Shown here in pieces: positions 17,601 to 26,149 of a DNA stretch of 28,110 bases. Origin of the DNA: Bacteriovoracia bacterium (lineage in GTDB: Bacteria > Bdellovibrionota > Bacteriovoracia > Bacteriovoracales > Bacteriovoracaceae); NCBI GenBank assembly GCA_046570105.1, contig JBKHVI010000039.1, forward strand, positions 1 through 28,110, read 5' to 3'. Below the pieces are notes generated by a model. That model saw only the letters and a list, made by a program, of their open reading frames with translations. It made no database searches and was not told where the DNA came from. The position numbers were made by a program, and so were the translations under genes. Numbering within the stretch: position 1 is the first letter of the stretch; the number at the start of each line of letters is the position of its first letter.

Positions 17601-18010
17601 TTTCTATACTTAGTTGCAAATTTCTTACCTATTTCATTTGGGGCATCTTTTGATAAAAGAATTTCTTCTCTAATAGACGCTGGCAAGTCTGAGACTTTCC
17701 ACACAGCTAAGAAATGCTTAGCTGCGACAATGACTAAAGAAAAATCTAATTCTCTTTGGTAGGCCACACCTTGAAAAAGTCCGGCATACCAATCGTTCTG
17801 TTTTCCTTTTAATTCAAGAACGAACTGACCCGGAACATATCCATCAGCTCTTTTCGCTTCCTTCTGGCGAGAAAATTCTGGATAAACTTCCCTGAAATAT
17901 TTAATGATTAAGTCTTCATTCGCTTTTTCCTCTGGCTGAGACAAGTACTTAAGCAGTCCATCAATATGGTTCGGAATTTTTTGCGCCATCATCTTCTCCA
18001 ACATAAACAA
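14603..18010 (-). CDS. Type IIG-like single-chain restriction-modification enzyme (REase + N6-adenine MTase + TRD) with an extra C-terminal domain
   Basis: ADG...VLELK PD-(D/E)xK motif (~17808-17849), GIFFT, VIDPACGSGNL motif I (~17011-17031), NPPY motif IV (~16739-16750). Linker, then ~215 extra aa. Confidence 0.85.
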   Translation of the reverse strand: MFMLEKMMAQKIPNHIDGLLKYLSQPEEKANEDLIIKYFREVYPEFSRQKEAKRADGYVPGQFVLELKGKQNDWYAGLFQGVAYQRELDFSLVIVAAKHFLAVWKVSDLPASIREEILLSKDAPNEIGKKFATKYRKDQIKLLKKSIWMFPSEFLEGLFSSKTDVLLKQVKEFELIVQKQKKVRHKITVKNFPVVLKEMVQFFDKNKPMMVVRAFYSMLFGWNENSTLEISHKINHQATLGGEAIDHLIPGKRMAFKEFVENHYIYINEGENEDDFFAMYDTALDTVDSKFRSKHGIFFTDLTLSKFAMWFVRKHLGDIGKNHLVIDPACGSGNLITNWKSPLELRHKVVSEIEPELLFIVEKRMKSDAWHEGKFTVVPKVNEGKGLNFIDISAKEYLGVLTKYLNEKGQKPDKPLAILCNPPYKNDDDQSDGEIDYQPHSSIVELIGKDTSGERSNCFLAQMKLLAEAAEEKGLPGQTLLMLFTGIPWLTSRPVHRALRDQIVGNFEDVSGFMVNSKEYFDVPGKFPVAFTIWRYRGPNAGLDVNRSIPLLDLTWLSKKEMQSINWDDKESVDKHSEVFLADKRSIAVEIGKQYQNIREWSGQKRFDFQREKTKDENEQKSSFLCGLPKGDGRHSRKKTLGHSDGTFIGFVDDLTPCRIRKGSSGFPWFRLNTQFMEFQKTRCFSGPADNRAFTATDELSAKKMFFWYSMNRSFKHIRYPMWANNFEMWGISNEALEKRKLTQLSFSIAIAENECVETLFPANNPVKGSPEIYVPNPLSPNDKSSFWTNYMDKYFSPDGKSDAEILVRSVKDLFLLWKKRFKKSNEIYTSYKCSYFVGDGILRSNSGIVQIQDYAEHTKDTELLKQLDKISEQLKLVKEEFNNYLLKKDGLNYFDISNLPQATQSEKPLENVIEFIIPSKTAFEKVLEKRLAIAHLITSALSTDPNLGRVKFAKAFYLLDEESGLDLKTEYTREIAGPLDQRSLYNETIGVEALGQRYNLFEVRSTKRGKGEKISYLTGKNASIFDFRAKEIIGAKAQRLDDVISIIAPLNTDQVEIVATLYACWKDILLSKKALTTPAIIDEFRNKWHKSKKRFNEKQLSVALDWMKEKGIVPSAKGKRTKTKDRLTMEDIPF

Positions 18011-18432
18011 TCTAATTAATACAATTTTACTTTAGAAGTTTAGCAGTGAACTCCATGGGAAAATCCTACCGTTTTAAGGAATCTTGAGAGTCGTGCCCCT
18101 ATATTGTTTTCAGAATTTTGAGTCATTTTCCTTTGATGAACTAGCGTATTTTTGTCTTTGGCCAAAAAAGCTATCTTGGGGTGCCCCTACTAAGAGTCAT
18201 AAGAATTACAAAAAATATATCAAAACTAAAAATTTAAAGTTGCCCTTGATCAAGTTACTGCCTCTTCCACTCTGCTTTCTAAAACATCTTAGATGCTGTC
18301 TTGGTTATGTACTTTCTTAGATCTTATCAATTATCAGATGAACCTCTAGCTCCGTATCTTTATAGATCTGATCTATCACCTCTCTGGTGCCTCAACAATA
18401 TCAAAGCGTTACAAGATTGTACTTAAAAAGGA

Positions 18433-18460
18433 ATCACAGTCTCCAGCACTGTGATACAAT
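18433..18460 (+). promoter_or_regulatory. abiE promoter/operator: 23-bp inverted repeat overlapping an extended -10
   Basis: ATCACAGT-N7-ACTGTGAT (18433-18455) overlaps TG-A-TACAAT (18452-18460), upstream of abiEi. Confidence 0.7.
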
Positions 18461-18495
18461 TCAAAAAGTCCCTTCCGATAAGGGTTAGAGGCTCT

Positions 18496-19086
18496 ATGAA
18501 CTCATCAGCTAAATTTAAAACACTGAAACGAATCCGCAGAGAAGTCTTCACCGCGAAGGATGCTATTCAATTAGGTCTATCTTATTATGACCTTGATCAA
18601 TTCGTGAAAGAGGGCCTAATCTCAAAAATTGAGCGTGGTGTTTTTGTTAAACGTCAGAGTATTACCAATCAACATGAACACTATGCCATTGCACTAGCTC
18701 AACTTGGAGAACCATCCGCCCTTTGTCTATGGTCTGCACTGGTTATTCATGATCTGACGGAAGAAGCTCCCTCACAAATCTGGGTTTATGTCCCCTACGA
18801 GAAAACAACCCGACTTCAAATCAAAACTGTTCGGAAACGTAATCCTCACTGGGATGTTGGTATTGAGACTATCAATGGAATTCGAGTTACATCGATTGAG
18901 CGCACTCTCGTGGATATGTTATTAGATCGAAAGCACTTCAGTGAGATTCAAGCTTTCAAGATTACCATGGATGCCATCAGGGCCAGGAAAACCAACTTTA
19001 AGAAACTTTATGAGGTAGCTAAAAAGATGCAAGTAGAAGAACGCCTAAAGCGCGATCTTATTCTTTTAGAGGAAACTTATGTATAG
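18496..19086 (+). CDS. abiEi: Type IV toxin-antitoxin antitoxin, AbiEi family
   Basis: N-terminal wHTH (VFTAKDAIQLGLS...KIERGVF), SALVIHDLT, IRVTSIERTLVD. GAGG RBS before ATG 18496. Confidence 0.9.
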   Translation: MNSSAKFKTLKRIRREVFTAKDAIQLGLSYYDLDQFVKEGLISKIERGVFVKRQSITNQHEHYAIALAQLGEPSALCLWSALVIHDLTEEAPSQIWVYVPYEKTTRLQIKTVRKRNPHWDVGIETINGIRVTSIERTLVDMLLDRKHFSEIQAFKITMDAIRARKTNFKKLYEVAKKMQVEERLKRDLILLEETYV

Positions 19087-19921
19087 CGCAGATCAACTCA
19101 ATGCCAAGATTAAGAAAGTGGCGCAAGACCTGGGAGTTCAAGATGTCAATCGCGTTAGAGGTATCGTGACCCTTGAGCGGATCATCGCAAGACTGGTTAC
19201 AAATAAACTGCTCAAAGAACATCTGGTTTTCGGGGGTGGCTTCGTTCTCTACAAGGAATTAGAAACGAACCGTTACACCAGAGATGCGGATGCCGTCATT
19301 AATGGCGTTAATGAACAACAGCTTACCAAAGAGATTAAGGCTTCACTTAATCGAGATTTGGAGGATGGTTTCTGGTTTGGAGATGTCATAACCGAAGAGC
19401 TTGCGACCGAGAGTGGCTATGGTGGACTTCGTTTTAAGATTCTCTACAAAGTAGGCTCACCTATTCCGAGCGAGGACGAGAAAAGACAGCTTCGCCGCAT
19501 TCATCTCGATATTTCTATTGGCGTGGATCTCGAAGATGTCGCTCGCTTAAAAGTCACTGAATCAATCTTGCCATCTATGGATGCGATTGAGTGGAAAATC
19601 TATCCACCGGAGTTTATCGCCTCCGAAAAGATTCATTGTTTGCTTGACCGCGGAGACACCAATACTCGCGGTAAGGATGTCTACGACCTTCCCTTTATCT
19701 TTGATGATGTCAAAGATAAGGACTTGCTGCGTGCCATCGAGCGCACGTTTAAACGTCGGTCTCTTGAGATGGACTCACTTTACGAGGGTGCCAAGCTGGT
19801 GGATACAGAGTACCTCAAGAAAAGCTATGACCTCATCCTCATCGACGATAAAACTCGCTCGTTTGAAGAGAGCTGGAAAATCATTCTTAAGAAGCTCAAG
19901 GCGCTCGATGCGCTTCGATAA
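19079..19921 (+). CDS. abiEii: Type IV toxin-antitoxin toxin, AbiEii nucleotidyltransferase
   Basis: LVFGGG, RYTRDAD, IHLDIS, IASEKIH and NTRGKDVYDL motifs; overlaps the abiEi stop. Confidence 0.92.
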   Translation: MYSADQLNAKIKKVAQDLGVQDVNRVRGIVTLERIIARLVTNKLLKEHLVFGGGFVLYKELETNRYTRDADAVINGVNEQQLTKEIKASLNRDLEDGFWFGDVITEELATESGYGGLRFKILYKVGSPIPSEDEKRQLRRIHLDISIGVDLEDVARLKVTESILPSMDAIEWKIYPPEFIASEKIHCLLDRGDTNTRGKDVYDLPFIFDDVKDKDLLRAIERTFKRRSLEMDSLYEGAKLVDTEYLKKSYDLILIDDKTRSFEESWKIILKKLKALDALR

Positions 19922-19932
19922 TTTCTCAGCTC

Positions 19933-19954
19933 CGTTGTACTAGTTTTGTACTAC
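19933..19954 (+). repeat. Putative integrase arm-type site (tandem TTGTACTA)
   Basis: Identical to 11273-11294. Confidence 0.8.
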
Positions 19955-20090
19955 AACAAACCAAAATAGACCCAAAAAGGCGATTGTAGGCAACAAAGGA
20001 AAAGTGGGGATTTCTGGGTTAAACTATCAAAATAACTGAGAAATAGTGAGAATCACAAGCGGCTGGAATGGTTCAAGAAAAGCGTTTTAA

Positions 20091-20116
20091 CGAGTCTCGT
20101 CCTGGGCACCATTTTT
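20091..20116 (+). repeat. att core, distal copy (attR; duplicated tRNA-Leu 3' end)
   Basis: Identical to 11192-11217. The upstream sequence is not tRNA-like. Confidence 0.95.
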
Positions 20117-20323
20117 CTTCTTCTAATCGTAACGATATCAGACTGAAAAGACACCTCTAATTCTGGCCCATCCATCAAAGTATCCGACTAATCAGCTTGC
20201 CTTGGATTCATTCATGAAAAGTGATTGTTATCATTTTGGGATCTATTAAGAATTATTATCCGAAATTAAATCGAGCAAAGGCTAAAATCGCCTAACATGG
20301 AATCTTACTCAGGCGAGGTTTAA

Positions 20324-21925
20324 TTGAGAGCACAACTGCATCCCAGAGAAATTGAACGTGTTAAATCGCTGCATGATCTGGCCATTCTTGATACCTATCC
20401 AGAAAAAGAGTTCGATCAGATTACAAAGATCGCATCCTATATTTGCGGGACACCCATCGCGCTTATTTCATTAGTCGACACTGAGCGACAATGGTTCAAA
20501 TCAAAAGTCGGTCTCCAGGCGGATCAAACTTCCCGCGATGTGGCATTCTGCGCTCACGCAATCTTGCAAGAAGGTCCCTTCGTTGTTGAAGATGCCTCTA
20601 ATGACGAACGTTTCGAGCAGAATCCTTTGGTGACTGGTGAACTGGGGATTAAGTTTTATGCAGGCGTCCCCATTACCGATCCAACCAATAAATTACCCAT
20701 TGGCACTCTTTGTGTGATTGATAAAAAAACACGTCAGCTCTCTGCTGAACAACTCGACATGTTGAGTTCTTTGGCCGAACAAGCACGTTCTTTGTTGCAA
20801 CTTAGACGAGACTACAAAGCACTTAAGAAAATAGAAACCAAACTCGCAATTCAGCAAACAGCTTTCAATCAAATGGTTGAAGGAATGGTTCTACAAAATA
20901 ACAAAGATGAAATTCTTGAATACAATCAAGCCGCTACCAAAGTTTTAGGTATTACCGAAGATCAACTCCTAAGAAAATCTTCATTTGATCCTGATTGGAA
21001 TGCTATCAAAACAGATGGCTCTCCCTTTGAACCTTATGAGCATCCCTCTGTTGTAGCGATGGCCACAGGTAAACCACAGATGAATACCATTATGGGAATA
21101 AAGGTGGGCGCTGAAGAACCTAGATGGATCATGATTAACTCAACCCCTATTCATATTGATTCTGAAAAAAACCCGACACATACAGTAACAACTTTTGCTG
21201 ACATCACTTCGACCAAAAGATCGGAAGAGCAGCTCTATCATTCGGCCAAGATGTCATCATTAGGTGAAATGGCTGCGGGTATGGCCCATGAGATAAATAC
21301 CCCGCTGGCCATTATTAACATTGCAGCGGAACAAATTCGAATGACCTGCACGTCACCCAACCCTGATCATGCCTTAATACAAAAGAAGGCAAATCAAATC
21401 GATTCTACCGTCGGGAAAATAGCACAAATCATAAATAGTTTAAGAAGCTATTCTCGTACTTCTATAACGGATAAGGCGGAAGAGCTGCTTCTTAACCATA
21501 CTATCAATGAAACAATGACTTTGTGTTGTGAAAGGCTCAAAGAGAATCAAATTGATCTCCAAGTTAATCTTGCAGAGAATTTCAAAGTTAAATCACTCAA
21601 CTCTCATCTGCTACAAATTTTACTTAACCTGATTAACAATTCTATCGATGCTATCGATCAGACTGATCAACCTTGGATCAAGATCGAAGCTCAGCTTAAG
21701 CATAATGTTGTTGAGCTCAGTGTAATAGATAGTGGAAAAGGGATTCCCGTTGGAGTTCAGGATAAGATGATGAGACCATTTTTCACCACCAAAAGCCCGG
21801 GCAAAGGTACCGGTTTAGGTCTAGGAATCAGTCAAAGATTAGCCGAAAACATGAATGCAAAACTTTTCTACGACTCTTCTTCGCCTAATACACGGTTTGT
21901 GCTCCAATTACCCTTGGCGAGTTAA
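20324..21925 (+). CDS. Cytoplasmic GAF-PAS histidine kinase
   Basis: GAF (ILDT.PEKEFD...PIALISLVD..RQWFKS...FYAGVP), PAS (YNQAA...WIMINS), H-box AGMAHEINTPL, N-box NLINNS.DA, DSGKG, PFFTTK, GTGLGL. TTG start with GAGGT RBS. Confidence 0.93.
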   Translation: MRAQLHPREIERVKSLHDLAILDTYPEKEFDQITKIASYICGTPIALISLVDTERQWFKSKVGLQADQTSRDVAFCAHAILQEGPFVVEDASNDERFEQNPLVTGELGIKFYAGVPITDPTNKLPIGTLCVIDKKTRQLSAEQLDMLSSLAEQARSLLQLRRDYKALKKIETKLAIQQTAFNQMVEGMVLQNNKDEILEYNQAATKVLGITEDQLLRKSSFDPDWNAIKTDGSPFEPYEHPSVVAMATGKPQMNTIMGIKVGAEEPRWIMINSTPIHIDSEKNPTHTVTTFADITSTKRSEEQLYHSAKMSSLGEMAAGMAHEINTPLAIINIAAEQIRMTCTSPNPDHALIQKKANQIDSTVGKIAQIINSLRSYSRTSITDKAEELLLNHTINETMTLCCERLKENQIDLQVNLAENFKVKSLNSHLLQILLNLINNSIDAIDQTDQPWIKIEAQLKHNVVELSVIDSGKGIPVGVQDKMMRPFFTTKSPGKGTGLGLGISQRLAENMNAKLFYDSSSPNTRFVLQLPLAS

Positions 21926-21929
21926 TTTA

Positions 21930-22334
21930 ATGAATTTTCCTTTTTTAAAAAAATGCTCAATATTGGTGGTTGATGATGAAGTTGAGCTCTGTGAGATTGT
22001 CGCAGAACAATTCGCAATATATGGTGGCAAAGTAGAGACGGCCTTTTCAGGGCAAGAAGCAATTGCAAAAATTCTACAGCACCCCTTCAACATCGTTTTT
22101 ACCGATATTCGTATGCACAACGGAGACGGAATTTTTCTAGCAAAAGAAATTCAAAAATTGGGCAGAAACAATATCTATGTTTTTTTCTTTTCTGGACATA
22201 GTCATTTCAGACCAGAAGAACTTGAAGCTTTAAGTGTCAGCGGAATTTTTAAAAAACCCCATGGGATTAACCAAATCCTCACTCAACTAAATGAATTCAT
22301 GAGTCATTCCACAACGAACTCCCCTCTCGCTTAG
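21930..22334 (+). CDS. Single-domain response regulator (receiver)
   Basis: ILVVDDE, FTDIRM..GDG, FSG and KP motifs. ATG 4 bp after the kinase stop. Confidence 0.9.
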   Translation: MNFPFLKKCSILVVDDEVELCEIVAEQFAIYGGKVETAFSGQEAIAKILQHPFNIVFTDIRMHNGDGIFLAKEIQKLGRNNIYVFFFSGHSHFRPEELEALSVSGIFKKPHGINQILTQLNEFMSHSTTNSPLA

Positions 22335-22388
22335 TTAAACTGAGAAATATCATGACAAGTTCGAGCTGGGGATTCCGATTAAATAACC

Positions 22389-22808
22389 ATGAACAAGTTC
22401 AGTGACGAAGAGTTATATGATCTGGTTATGAAGCTCAACAAGGTCTTCTACGACAAGATTTACGCTGATCCGTGGCTTAAAAAAATGTTCTTTATGATTG
22501 AGCAGACGCTCATCGAAGCACAGCAGACTGACTTTATGGTGGGTGCGCTGGGTGGACCTAAGCGCTATGCCGGTCGCTCGCCTAAAGATGCTCACCCCCA
22601 TCTTTATGTCACTGAAGAGATATGGCAGCGTCGTGAAATACACCTGAAGGCCGCCTTTGCCGAAATAAACTTTCCTACTGAATTAGCAGAACGTTGGCTC
22701 AAAATTGATGAATCATTTAAGCGGGCCATCGTGAAGACTACAATCGATGAATGTCAGAAGCGATTCTTTACTGACGAAGTCATTAGCATTGGCAAGAAAG
22801 TCACCTAA
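22389..22808 (+). CDS. Group I truncated (2/2) haemoglobin
   Basis: FYDKIYADP.L..MF, QTDF...ALGGPKRYAGR...AH.HL. Confidence 0.88.
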   Translation: MNKFSDEELYDLVMKLNKVFYDKIYADPWLKKMFFMIEQTLIEAQQTDFMVGALGGPKRYAGRSPKDAHPHLYVTEEIWQRREIHLKAAFAEINFPTELAERWLKIDESFKRAIVKTTIDECQKRFFTDEVISIGKKVT

Positions 22809-23040
22809 GGAATTAGATATTATCCCCCTCCTCTCCTCATTCGCTGTTCTCTGATTGGCTCGATTCAAGACACTAAGTCCCTGATATCAAGGGAGAATCT
22901 GACTAATTTAATTGCATCCAATAAATTTACTATTTAAAGATGACCGAACGTGTTACCCTGACTCGGTTATTTCCGCTTCTTCTAGAACCCTGTGCATAGT
23001 GCTCATGACTTCTTTAAGGGCCCCGACCTTTGGAGGTTTT

Positions 23041-23370
<330 letters not shown>

Positions 23371-23393
23371 ATTCTAGCAATAGAGCCTATTCA

Positions 23394-23422
23394 GAGGGAC
23401 CTTTCGGGGTCCCTTTTTTTTT
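23394..23422 (+). terminator. Rho-independent terminator
   Basis: AGGGACCT-TTCG-GGGTCCCT followed by a T run. Confidence 0.92.
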
Positions 23423-23530
23423 GAGTTTTTCTCGTGTTCTTCAGTGTAATTAAAGTTTAAATGGCTAGAATGATGGGGGCATTTTTGCGATGCTATCACT
23501 CTCAAGTTTCATTCTTGCGTGGAGGCCCCT

Positions 23531-24643
23531 ATGGCCAAAAATTATAAGTTCAAAAATCTCGATCTCGTTAACACTCTTTTTTTAACACTTACTCCCCTGG
23601 CTGCTTTGGTTTTTACAACTTGGTGGTTAGTACGTGATGGCTTCGATGTGCGCCAAGTGTACTTGATGCTCGCACTTTATTTTATTTCCGGCTTTTCAAT
23701 CACAGCAGGCTATCATCGTTTATTTTCTCATCGAGCCTACGATGCCAATAATTTCGTCAAATTTTTATTTTTAGTTTTTGGAGCTGCCGCTTTTCAAAAC
23801 TCTGTATATAAATGGGGTGCCGATCATCGAGTTCATCACAATAAAGTTGATACCGACGAAGATCCATACAACATCCAGGAAGGATTCTTCTTTGCTCACA
23901 TGGGCTGGGTGATGTTGAAGGCCAATGCTCGCTGCCACGAGAAGTACGTACGAGATCTGCAAAAAGATCCAATAGTGATGTGGCAACACAAGTACTACTT
24001 ACTCATCTCAGTCATTGTTGGTTTTTTAATGCCAACACTGATCGGTGGTTTGTTATTTGATTCTTATCTGGGCGGCTTTGCACTAGGTGCACTTGGGAAA
24101 ATCGTTCTTATCCATCACTGTACTTTCTTTATTAATTCGCTTTGCCATTATGTTGGCTCAACTCCGTACACTAAAACCAATTCAGCGAAAGATAGCTGGT
24201 ATATGGCCTTCTTCACTTTTGGTGAGGGCTATCATAATTTTCACCACTACTTTCAAACGGATTACCGTAATGGTGTGCGCTGGTACCAATTCGATCCAAC
24301 TAAATGGCTCATCAAATCACTTGAGCAAATAGGAATGGCCAGCAAACTTAAGCTGACCCCACCAGAGAAGATTCTTAACGCTCGCTTGCAAATGAAGATT
24401 GAAGCGCTTCGTAACCAGAAAAAAATTCGTGATGAATACCTGAAGGAGTTTGAAGCTCTGAAAGGAAAAATTCTTGCTTCTCTTGAGCGCTTCCAAGAGT
24501 TTAAGGCGCAACTACAAGCTGAACGCTCTCAGCGCAATCAAGAAATTGTTCGCGATCTCAAATTACGAATGGAACTTGCACGCTTGGATTTTGAGCATGC
24601 TTACAAACAGTGGCAACTCCAGCTGAGTTTGGTGGGTGCTTAA
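23531..24643 (+). CDS. Delta-9-like acyl-CoA fatty acid desaturase with helical C-terminal extension
   Basis: ITAGYHRLFSH, HRVHH, TFFINSLCH, FGEGYHNFHH, DPTKWLI. GGAGG RBS. Confidence 0.93.
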   Translation: MAKNYKFKNLDLVNTLFLTLTPLAALVFTTWWLVRDGFDVRQVYLMLALYFISGFSITAGYHRLFSHRAYDANNFVKFLFLVFGAAAFQNSVYKWGADHRVHHNKVDTDEDPYNIQEGFFFAHMGWVMLKANARCHEKYVRDLQKDPIVMWQHKYYLLISVIVGFLMPTLIGGLLFDSYLGGFALGALGKIVLIHHCTFFINSLCHYVGSTPYTKTNSAKDSWYMAFFTFGEGYHNFHHYFQTDYRNGVRWYQFDPTKWLIKSLEQIGMASKLKLTPPEKILNARLQMKIEALRNQKKIRDEYLKEFEALKGKILASLERFQEFKAQLQAERSQRNQEIVRDLKLRMELARLDFEHAYKQWQLQLSLVGA

Positions 24644-24649
24644 TTGAAT

Positions 24650-26149
24650 ATGAAACGCTCACTTCTCTTTTTCTCTATTTGCTTTCCAATTGTATTGGGT
24701 ATTTTCCTATTGGCCCAGAACTGGCTAGATGATCGCCGTAATTTTTTCTTACGTAGTCAGGAACTGGTTATTCAAAACAGTGTCCAAGAGCGCTTTCGCC
24801 TTTATCTTAGAGGTGCCGTAGCGGCAGAAACGGCAGTTGGGGAGTTTTGGGAGCGTGGGAATGTTGATGATAAAACTTATTCCGCTATGGCCAATCATCT
24901 CATTGCCGCCCTTCCGGAAACCATCGGTATAAATGAAGTTGACCCTAATGGAAAAATCATCCGTGTCTGGCCTGAAAAACTTAATAACCCAGCACTTGGA
25001 AAAATTTCTCAAAACATTCAGGCGCTCAAAGAAACTCTTAGAAAGAGTGAACGCGTGTGGCTCAGTCCACCGTTCACGCTGTATCAAGGTGGCCAAGGAT
25101 TTGCTTATTATCTTCCTCTTGAACGCAAGAATATCCATGTCGGCTGGCTCGCAGTAGTTATTGATACCAGCAAATTTTTTGATGAATTTACCAAAAATGA
25201 ATTTGGAAAAAGCTTTCATTTAAGCGCTATTGAAGAATCAACAGGTCGGCCCTATATGACGGGCAAATTAGAACCAATCGTTGCTCCCGATTATTTAATT
25301 CAATCTGTTATCGTGGAAGAATTTGGTCGCAGGATTAAAATTTCTATTTGGCCAAAATCGCATTTAATTTACCCTTGGTATGTCAAAATGTGGCCCATTT
25401 TTGTCGCCATCCTTTTTACGACAATTCTCACCGTTGCTTTCAACTGGTGGGAAAAACATCGTGAAGCCCAGAATCGTCTAGAAGAACTTAATCAACTCTT
25501 ACGTCTGGCGATACATGACAGCGCTTCAAGTCTTACCTCTATTCGTGGTTATCTCGATATCATGAAAGAAGACCCCACTCTAGTGCCGGTCGAACGACTT
25601 TCACGTCATGTGGGTTTTGTTATTGATCTTTTGGATCAGATTAAATTGGTAAGAAAGTTTTCTTCATCAAAAGAGAGTTGGAAAAAAGAGCGCGTAACTT
25701 TACTGAGTCTTGTGCTTGAAGTTTCAGATATTTTGAGTGAGCGTTTGAAAAACAAAGATTTGTTTTTGCGATATGACCCTGAAGAATTATCACACGCGCA
25801 ACTTTTCCTAAACCGAGGATTGTTTGGTCATAGCGTACTAGGGAATCTTATTACTAACGCAATTAAGTTTTCGCCCACTGGTACCACTGTTTCTATCAGT
25901 TACAAGAAGACAAATGGTACGCACCAAATTGATATTACTGACTCAGGTCCAGGTTTACCGGCCAGTACACTTAAGCAAATTAAAGAAAAGCCAGTGATGG
26001 GTGACTCGAATAGTTTCGGCCTGCATATAGCTCAAGAAGTTATGGGATTACATGAAGGTACACTCGAAATACTAAGTCCTGCGAAAGGCGGCACTATCGC
26101 GCGCATCACCTTGCCTGAGAATTATTTCAATAAAGAATCTAATGCTTGA
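24650..26149 (+). CDS. Membrane sensor histidine kinase with a CHASE-like periplasmic domain
   Basis: Two TM helices flank a domain with LSPPFTLYQGGQG; H-box HDSASSLTSI; NLITNAIKFS; DSGPG; degenerate G2 box (SFGLHI). Confidence 0.85.
   Translation: MKRSLLFFSICFPIVLGIFLLAQNWLDDRRNFFLRSQELVIQNSVQERFRLYLRGAVAAETAVGEFWERGNVDDKTYSAMANHLIAALPETIGINEVDPNGKIIRVWPEKLNNPALGKISQNIQALKETLRKSERVWLSPPFTLYQGGQGFAYYLPLERKNIHVGWLAVVIDTSKFFDEFTKNEFGKSFHLSAIEESTGRPYMTGKLEPIVAPDYLIQSVIVEEFGRRIKISIWPKSHLIYPWYVKMWPIFVAILFTTILTVAFNWWEKHREAQNRLEELNQLLRLAIHDSASSLTSIRGYLDIMKEDPTLVPVERLSRHVGFVIDLLDQIKLVRKFSSSKESWKKERVTLLSLVLEVSDILSERLKNKDLFLRYDPEELSHAQLFLNRGLFGHSVLGNLITNAIKFSPTGTTVSISYKKTNGTHQIDITDSGPGLPASTLKQIKEKPVMGDSNSFGLHIAQEVMGLHEGTLEILSPAKGGTIARITLPENYFNKESNA

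Larger units (their letters stand above)
11192..20116. mobile_element. tRNA-Leu-integrated genomic island (~8.9 kb) carrying defence genes
   Basis: 26-bp direct repeat of the tRNA 3' end at both ends, integrase and excisionase next to the tRNA, RM and AbiE cargo. Confidence 0.93.

Noticed and set aside
18084..18320. 78-aa ORF in the RM/AbiE spacer
   Set aside because: TTG start, low-complexity AT-rich translation, no motif.
11192..20116. Prophage, PICI or ICE
   Set aside because: No terminase, capsid, primase/rep, relaxase or T4SS genes are recognisable between the att sites.
20091..20116. Second tRNA gene
   Set aside because: Only the T-loop-to-CCA 3' fragment is present; it is the att duplication.
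22912..23040. N-terminal extension of the RRM protein
   Set aside because: The true start is ATG 23041 with a GGAGG RBS; the upstream part is probably promoter and 5' UTR.
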